NCBI GenBank assembly: GCA_965224025.1
Contig: OZ245033.1
Location: 1,696,001-1,760,000 of the forward strand
Source of the DNA: Candidatus Multivorans sp.
GTDB taxonomy: Bacteria; Acidobacteriota; Thermoanaerobaculia; Multivoradales; Multivoraceae
Direction of reading: 5' to 3'
DNA: 64,000 nt
Positions 59,144 to 64,000 of this stretch are shown here, one piece after another (position 1 is the stretch's first letter; every line of letters starts with the position of its first letter). The position numbers were made by a program, and so were the translations under genes. A model generated the notes under the pieces. It was given only the letters and a program-made list of their open reading frames with translations. It was not told the origin of the DNA and searched no databases.

Positions 59144-60424
59144 TCAGGGAGACGAAACGTCGTACGCCAGCAGTTCGTCCCAGTTGCGGATGTAGAGCAC
59201 GCCGTTGCTGACCACTGGATGGGCCCAGCTCGGGCGGCCGCGGTTGTCCAGGTTGAAACGACCCAGTTCGACGTAGCCATCGGGGTTCGCTTCCGCCAGA
59301 CCGGCGAGGTGCCTCTCGCCGAGCAGGAACAGCCTGCCATCCGCGAGAGTGAGCGAACCCTTGCCGACGCTGCGGTCTCTCCACACGGTTTCGCCGGTCT
59401 CGAAGTTCACGCACGCAAGGGCGCTGCCGAAGAACCCGTAGAGATGTCCCTCGTAGAGCACGACGCCGCCGTGGTGGTTCCGGAGGCGCGACTCGAACCA
59501 CGCCTCGGCGGTGCTCACATTGTCGCCGGCGACTCGCAGGCGGAGCGCGCCGCCGCCGGTGCCATAGTCCGATGTGTAGAAGACAAGGCCGTCCCCGTAG
59601 ATCGGCGTCGCCGCGTTCGCCGTGCGGTTCGCCGGCTCGCGGTAGTGCCAAAGCAGCTCCCCGTCCTCGGCCCGCACGCCGACGCCGGCCCGCGCCGTGA
59701 AGCCTACGATCGCACGCAGCGGCTCGCCGCCGTCCACCAGGTCGACGGCGATCAGGGAGGAGTAGCCGGCCCGGTCGGTCAGGCCGGTGCTGGTCCACGC
59801 CGTGGCGCCCGTCTCCCGGTCGAGCGCGGCGATCGCACCGCGGTCGCCTCCCGGCATCACGATCACCCAGTCGCCCTCGATCAGTGGCGACTCGCTGATC
59901 CCCCAACTGATGTTCCGCTGGTCGAAGTCCCGGAGGATGTTCCGCTGCCATGCCACCCTCCCGTCCGAGAGACGGATGCGCGCCAGTTCCCCCACGCCGG
60001 TCAGCGCATAGAGCGAATCACCGGCTACGGTAGGTGTGCCCCGCGGACCGTTGCCCCGACCGTCCCGCAACCGCGAACCGAGCTCGCCTTCCCACCGGAC
60101 GCTGCCGTCCGACGCGTCGAGGGCGAACACGAGGCTTCGACCGCCGCGAGTCCCCTGGACGTAGAGCGAGCCGTCGGCAACCGACACGGCGCCGTAGCCC
60201 TCGCCCAGGCCGTCGATGCGCCACAGCAGGGGCGGTCCCCCGGCCGGCCAGCGGTCGGTAAGGCCGGTCTCGGTCGACACGCCGTCCCGCTGCGGACCCC
60301 GCCACTGCGGCCAGTCTTCGGCGGCGACCGGGGGAGGCGGCGCGAACAGCGCGAGCAGGCACAGGCAGACGGCGGTCGAAACGACGGGTCGAAGGCCGAT
60401 CGAGCCGGTGTCCAGCCGCTTCAT
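59144..60424 (-). CDS. Secreted PQQ-like beta-propeller repeat protein
   Basis: DWPQWRGPQRDG, repeated ALD..DG..W motifs, signal peptide. Confidence 0.88.
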   Translation of the reverse strand: MKRLDTGSIGLRPVVSTAVCLCLLALFAPPPPVAAEDWPQWRGPQRDGVSTETGLTDRWPAGGPPLLWRIDGLGEGYGAVSVADGSLYVQGTRGGRSLVFALDASDGSVRWEGELGSRLRDGRGNGPRGTPTVAGDSLYALTGVGELARIRLSDGRVAWQRNILRDFDQRNISWGISESPLIEGDWVIVMPGGDRGAIAALDRETGATAWTSTGLTDRAGYSSLIAVDLVDGGEPLRAIVGFTARAGVGVRAEDGELLWHYREPANRTANAATPIYGDGLVFYTSDYGTGGGALRLRVAGDNVSTAEAWFESRLRNHHGGVVLYEGHLYGFFGSALACVNFETGETVWRDRSVGKGSLTLADGRLFLLGERHLAGLAEANPDGYVELGRFNLDNRGRPSWAHPVVSNGVLYIRNWDELLAYDVSSP

Positions 60425-60483
60425 CGCTCGGACACTCTGCTCCGTCGAGACCTTCTGCGTCAACTGCCGCGCGCTCCGCCTGC

Positions 60484-60810
60484 ATGCCTCCAGCCGCGCA
60501 GCAGCCCACCCTCGCCTGGTTCCGACGGGACCTGCGGCTGACCGACAACCCCGCGTGATCGTGGGCCGCCAGGAGCGGACGCCCCGTCGTTCCGATCTAC
60601 CTGCTCGACGAGGAGACCGAGGAACGCTGCGCCGAAGCTGGTCCCGAGGCGCGGACGTTCCAAGCCGGTCTCCTCTTCGAGCCGGAGGACATCCGAAGCG
60701 GCAGCGGCCGGCCGCACCGGGTGTTCACGCCGTTCTGGCGGAAGTGTCTGGAACACGAGTTCGGCCCTCCGGTGGCCGCTCCACCGCCGCCCGAGGACAT
60801 CAACTCGTAG
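60484..60810 (+). pseudogene. phrB: Deoxyribodipyrimidine photolyase remnant
   Basis: My translation: LAWFRRDLRLTDNPA*SWAARSGRPVVPIYLLDE / LLFEPEDIRSGSGRPHRVFTPFWRKCL; internal TGA, internal deletion, no FAD domain. Confidence 0.85.
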
Positions 60811-62122
60811 CCATCCGCTTCTTCCGCGGTGGCTGCAGGAAGAACGCCACGACCGATCCGATGAGCGTCACCGCGGCGATGGTCAGAAACGGGACGGCGT
60901 AGCTGCCCCAGGCGTCGAACGCCAAGCCGGCGAGGAAGGGAACGAGCGCGCCGAAGGGTGCGCCGATCGCGAACCGCGTGCCCGTTGTCGTGGCGAAGGC
61001 GCGACGGCCGAAGAAGCTGGCGAAGGTCGCGGCCTGGCTGATGTAGGCCATACCGAACCCGAGGCCAAGAAGGACGAGGGCGACTCGGGCCGTCCACGCC
61101 GTGCCGGCAAGAAGAAAGAGAGCCATTCCGGCGCCCTCCATGGCAAGAGCGAACCCGAGGAGACGCGGAGGCCGGACGAGATCGCCCAGGGCGCCCGCCA
61201 CGCGGCCACCCGTGCTGAAGAGGATCATCAGTCCCAGCAGAGTCGCCACCGGCGCATCGCCGAATCCAACGTCGCGCAGATGAAGCCCGCCATGGGCGTT
61301 CACGACGCCCCACGGCACGGCATAGCCAAGGCCGCAGACCACCATCAGCGCGAACTGCGGCGTCCGGAGCGCCTCGACCGCCGTCCAGTGGTCGCCGCCC
61401 GAAGGCTCGGCCCGGGCGGCCGTCGCCTCCATTTCGGCCAGCGTACGGGCCCCGTCGCGAAGCTGGCCAACCGACTCCGGCCGGTTGCGGATGGCCACGA
61501 AGGACAGAGCGCCGAGGACGCAGCACAGCACGGAGATGTACTCCCAGCCTTCGCGCCAGGTCCCGCCCCTACCCAGAAGAGCCGCGTCGAATCGCAGAAT
61601 CAGCGGGCCCATCAGACCAGCCGCGGTCAGCAGGAAGGCCAGTGCGCTGGCGCGCCAGCGCAGGAACCAGTTTGTCGCCAGAGTCTGAGTCGGCAGCACC
61701 GTGGTGAACGTGTGGGTCAAGCCGGCGAACAGACCGAAGTACAGCAGGACATCCCACCGGTCCTGAGCCCGACTTGTCAGATAGTAGGCACCGGCTACCA
61801 CGAAAAAGCCGAGTGTGAACACCGGCCGCAGTCCGAAGCGGGTCAGGCAGACTCCGATGAGGGGTGCGACCGCGCCGCCGAAGAACGACCAGAGCCCGAA
61901 CGAAAGACCGCTGTCGGCGCGGGTCAGTCCCAACTCCGCGTTCATGCCGGCGGCGAAGTAACCCCAACTGTAGAAAGGCGCGGCGCCCAAGCCGTAGATC
62001 AACCAGGCGGGCGGCAGCATCCGCCAGCCGTAGAAGCTCCAGTCGATTCGGGAGAAGCGGCCGCCCACGCCGCCGGTGTCGGGGCCGGATGCGTCGCCCG
62101 TGTCCTCGATTCCGGCCCTCAC
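60800..62122 (-). CDS. MFS transporter
   Basis: About 12 hydrophobic segments, FYGW, RFGLR, NWF, FFGRR. Confidence 0.88.
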   Translation of the reverse strand: MRAGIEDTGDASGPDTGGVGGRFSRIDWSFYGWRMLPPAWLIYGLGAAPFYSWGYFAAGMNAELGLTRADSGLSFGLWSFFGGAVAPLIGVCLTRFGLRPVFTLGFFVVAGAYYLTSRAQDRWDVLLYFGLFAGLTHTFTTVLPTQTLATNWFLRWRASALAFLLTAAGLMGPLILRFDAALLGRGGTWREGWEYISVLCCVLGALSFVAIRNRPESVGQLRDGARTLAEMEATAARAEPSGGDHWTAVEALRTPQFALMVVCGLGYAVPWGVVNAHGGLHLRDVGFGDAPVATLLGLMILFSTGGRVAGALGDLVRPPRLLGFALAMEGAGMALFLLAGTAWTARVALVLLGLGFGMAYISQAATFASFFGRRAFATTTGTRFAIGAPFGALVPFLAGLAFDAWGSYAVPFLTIAAVTLIGSVVAFFLQPPRKKRMATS

Positions 62123-62143
62123 CTGCTCCGTCCTGCCGCCGGC

Positions 62144-63193
62144 CTAGGGACCCGACGCCTCGCCGCCGAAGAGTTGCTCGCAACCCGTGCCCGCGAGCAG
62201 CCCATCGACCGCATCGCGGTCCGCCGCCGAGAGCTCCGCGTACCGCTCCCGCAGCCACATCAGGCACTTGCCCTGGTACGGGAACGGCTTCTGCACCCAG
62301 GGCCGACCGTCGATCTCGCATTCGACACGTTCAGCCCCAGCCATCAGCGCCTTCGCATTGGCGAGCAGGAACGGGGCGTAGACCCTGCCGACTTCGCAAA
62401 GCAGCGACCGCAGGGTCGCCGGCAGTTCGCGGTCTATCCAGTCGTCCTCAGTCGGTTCAAGGCCGGAGAGGTCCTCGACCCGGTCCACCCACGCATAGAC
62501 CCGCGGCGCCACCTCGAGGGTCAACGCCATCGGCGTCGGGTCGAAGGCCGCGAGCTGCGTCAACTGGCCGAAGAAGGCGAAGTCGGAGGCTCCGGGGCGG
62601 TTGCCCATCAGGAACTGGCGTTTCGTCAGGTGATCCCGGAACAGCTCCAGGATCCGCCGGTAACTGGCCTCGATCACCGGGCCCGTCGTCTCGTTCGAGC
62701 CCACCACCCAGAGCCTCGAGATCTGCCGCTCCGACACCGTCTTCGCGGCCTGTTGAAACTCCTCTTCGGGACCTTCGATCCGCCGCCAACGGGGCAGGAT
62801 CTGGCCCGCCTTCTCGATGTCCGCCTCGTAGACCCAGCGATAGTGGAACATCGCCTTCGTCAGCCACTCGTCGCCGAAGTCCTCAAGCAGGTAGTCGATG
62901 AAGGCGGTCACCGGATCAGACGGAATCACCGAGCGGCCCTCGAACTCTCCTTCGAAGCGCCGGATCAGCGGCGTGGAATCGACCACCGCCTCGACCTCGC
63001 CGGCCTCGTTCGGCAGGTAGAAGGTCGGCAGCAGCCGCACCTTGGCCGCCGGCAGGTCTTCACGGCCGCCGGCGCCCGAGATCAGGAACCGGTACGGGAT
63101 GCGCCGGTAACGCAGGACCGCGCGCATCTTTCGCGTGTAGGGCGACCCGGGGGCGCCCATGAAGGTGAGGAGCTGCGGTACTGGTTCGGGCAT
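62144..63193 (-). CDS. Glutathione S-transferase-like protein (long form)
   Basis: GAPGSPYTRKMRAVLRY, DSTPLI, EDFGDEWL, DFAFFGQL. Confidence 0.82.
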   Translation of the reverse strand: MPEPVPQLLTFMGAPGSPYTRKMRAVLRYRRIPYRFLISGAGGREDLPAAKVRLLPTFYLPNEAGEVEAVVDSTPLIRRFEGEFEGRSVIPSDPVTAFIDYLLEDFGDEWLTKAMFHYRWVYEADIEKAGQILPRWRRIEGPEEEFQQAAKTVSERQISRLWVVGSNETTGPVIEASYRRILELFRDHLTKRQFLMGNRPGASDFAFFGQLTQLAAFDPTPMALTLEVAPRVYAWVDRVEDLSGLEPTEDDWIDRELPATLRSLLCEVGRVYAPFLLANAKALMAGAERVECEIDGRPWVQKPFPYQGKCLMWLRERYAELSAADRDAVDGLLAGTGCEQLFGGEASGP

Positions 63194-63322
63194 CAAGAGC
63201 GGCGACGGATCATACCCGTCGGGGCGAACGGGATGGACGGGGGCTAGATCCTCCAACCCGTCGCCTCGATGCCGATGCGGGCGAGCGCCGCCAGCGGCTG
63301 GGCGTCCGACGGCGCAGAGTCG

Positions 63323-63841
63323 CTACGACTCGGTGTTCCAGAGTTCGCGGGCCACGAGCCAGTGGCCATCCGGCTCACGACGCATCAGGCGCATCCAGTT
63401 GCCCTGCATCTCCGACGAGGCAGAACCGTCCTTCGGAACGGTGATCAAGGCGAAGGTCCCTCGTACAGAGGCCAGTTCGCCACTGAACTCGGTCTCTTCG
63501 ACATGGAACTGCACTTCGAGATCGGCGTTCTGGAGAGTCCCCGCCATGTTCTGGCGAATCGCTTCTCTGCCTCGAATCTCCGGTGCGTCGGGCGGCATAC
63601 GGATGGCATCCGCCGCGTACAGTGACGCCATCGCGTCCGCGTCACCGTTGTTTACGGCCACCATGAAGTCGGCAACCAGCGCATTGAGGGCCCGCTCGTC
63701 GCCGATGCTCGGTTCGACCGCGTCCGGATCCTCGGCAACCTCTTCCTCGACCGGGGGACAAGCGAGAACGAAGAGGCCAGCCAACAAGATCGCCAGAAAA
63801 CGCATATCGAGGCGCCAGCGCGACTGAATCGTGCTCTTCAT
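63323..63841 (-). CDS. SnoaL/NTF2-like (DUF4440) lipoprotein
   Basis: VLAC lipobox, NGDADAMASLYAADA..PP..RGREAI, MRREPDGHW; ATG behind GGAGGAG. Confidence 0.8.
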   Translation of the reverse strand: MKSTIQSRWRLDMRFLAILLAGLFVLACPPVEEEVAEDPDAVEPSIGDERALNALVADFMVAVNNGDADAMASLYAADAIRMPPDAPEIRGREAIRQNMAGTLQNADLEVQFHVEETEFSGELASVRGTFALITVPKDGSASSEMQGNWMRLMRREPDGHWLVARELWNTES

Positions 63842-63843
63842 GT

Positions 63844-64000
63844 TCACTCCTCCTCCAGCATTTCAGGCGCCTGACTCTGCGGATGATTCCGGTTCGAGAT
63901 CTCCCATTCGATCAACCACGCCCCATCCTCCTGCCGGCGCATCACGTCCATCCACTTGCCCACCTCCTGGTAGGCCACGACCGACGGATCCTCCTTGGAC
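63844..64000 (-). CDS. C-terminus of a second SnoaL/NTF2-like protein (partial)
   Basis: My translation ..EVGKWMDVMRRQEDGAWLIEWEISN..EEE*, paralogous to the downstream gene. Confidence 0.7.
   Translation of the reverse strand, partial: SKEDPSVVAYQEVGKWMDVMRRQEDGAWLIEWEISNRNHPQSQAPEMLEEE

Noticed and set aside
59144-60424. bamB or a PQQ dehydrogenase
   Set aside because: Generic DWPQWRG-type propeller with no lipobox and no bam or pqq context.

Overview
High-GC bacterial window. The gene content (TonB/Oar-type receptor, sulfatase, Tat-exported Gfo/Idh/MocA enzymes, cadherin/Fn3/Calx-beta/CARDB surface proteins) suggests an Acidobacteriota (Thermoanaerobaculia-like), possibly host- or sponge-associated genome; that assignment is inference only. 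1-19.3 kb is a cluster of secreted modular proteins. Four of them carry a near-identical 111-112 aa, four-cysteine domain that I cannot name (core GILWFF.RENAEVLVKVL.GC.HN..RWVFVAPVT), attached to unrelated cargo in N-terminal, internal or C-terminal position, and a fifth has a divergent version. One of these genes is split by an ISL3 element with an 8-bp target-site duplication. The rest holds icmF, sugar/glycoside-oxidation genes, a sugar ABC binding protein and permease, a YcaQ-type glycosylase, a TonB receptor and a sulfatase. It also holds a divergent NrtR / ARPP-1(DUF6569) pair with two visible operators over a sigma70 promoter, an Hhe-like DUF4011 helicase-nuclease with a decayed membrane-tailed dCTP deaminase, a second ISL3 inside a GIY-YIG-like gene, toxin-less TA remnants and an orphan adenine methyltransferase. 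Many accessory genes are pseudogenes (MalT-like regulator, crotonase, PHP duplicate, HicB, HEPN, photolyase). No rRNA, tRNA or CRISPR array was seen. Family calls come from motif recognition by eye, not from database searches.
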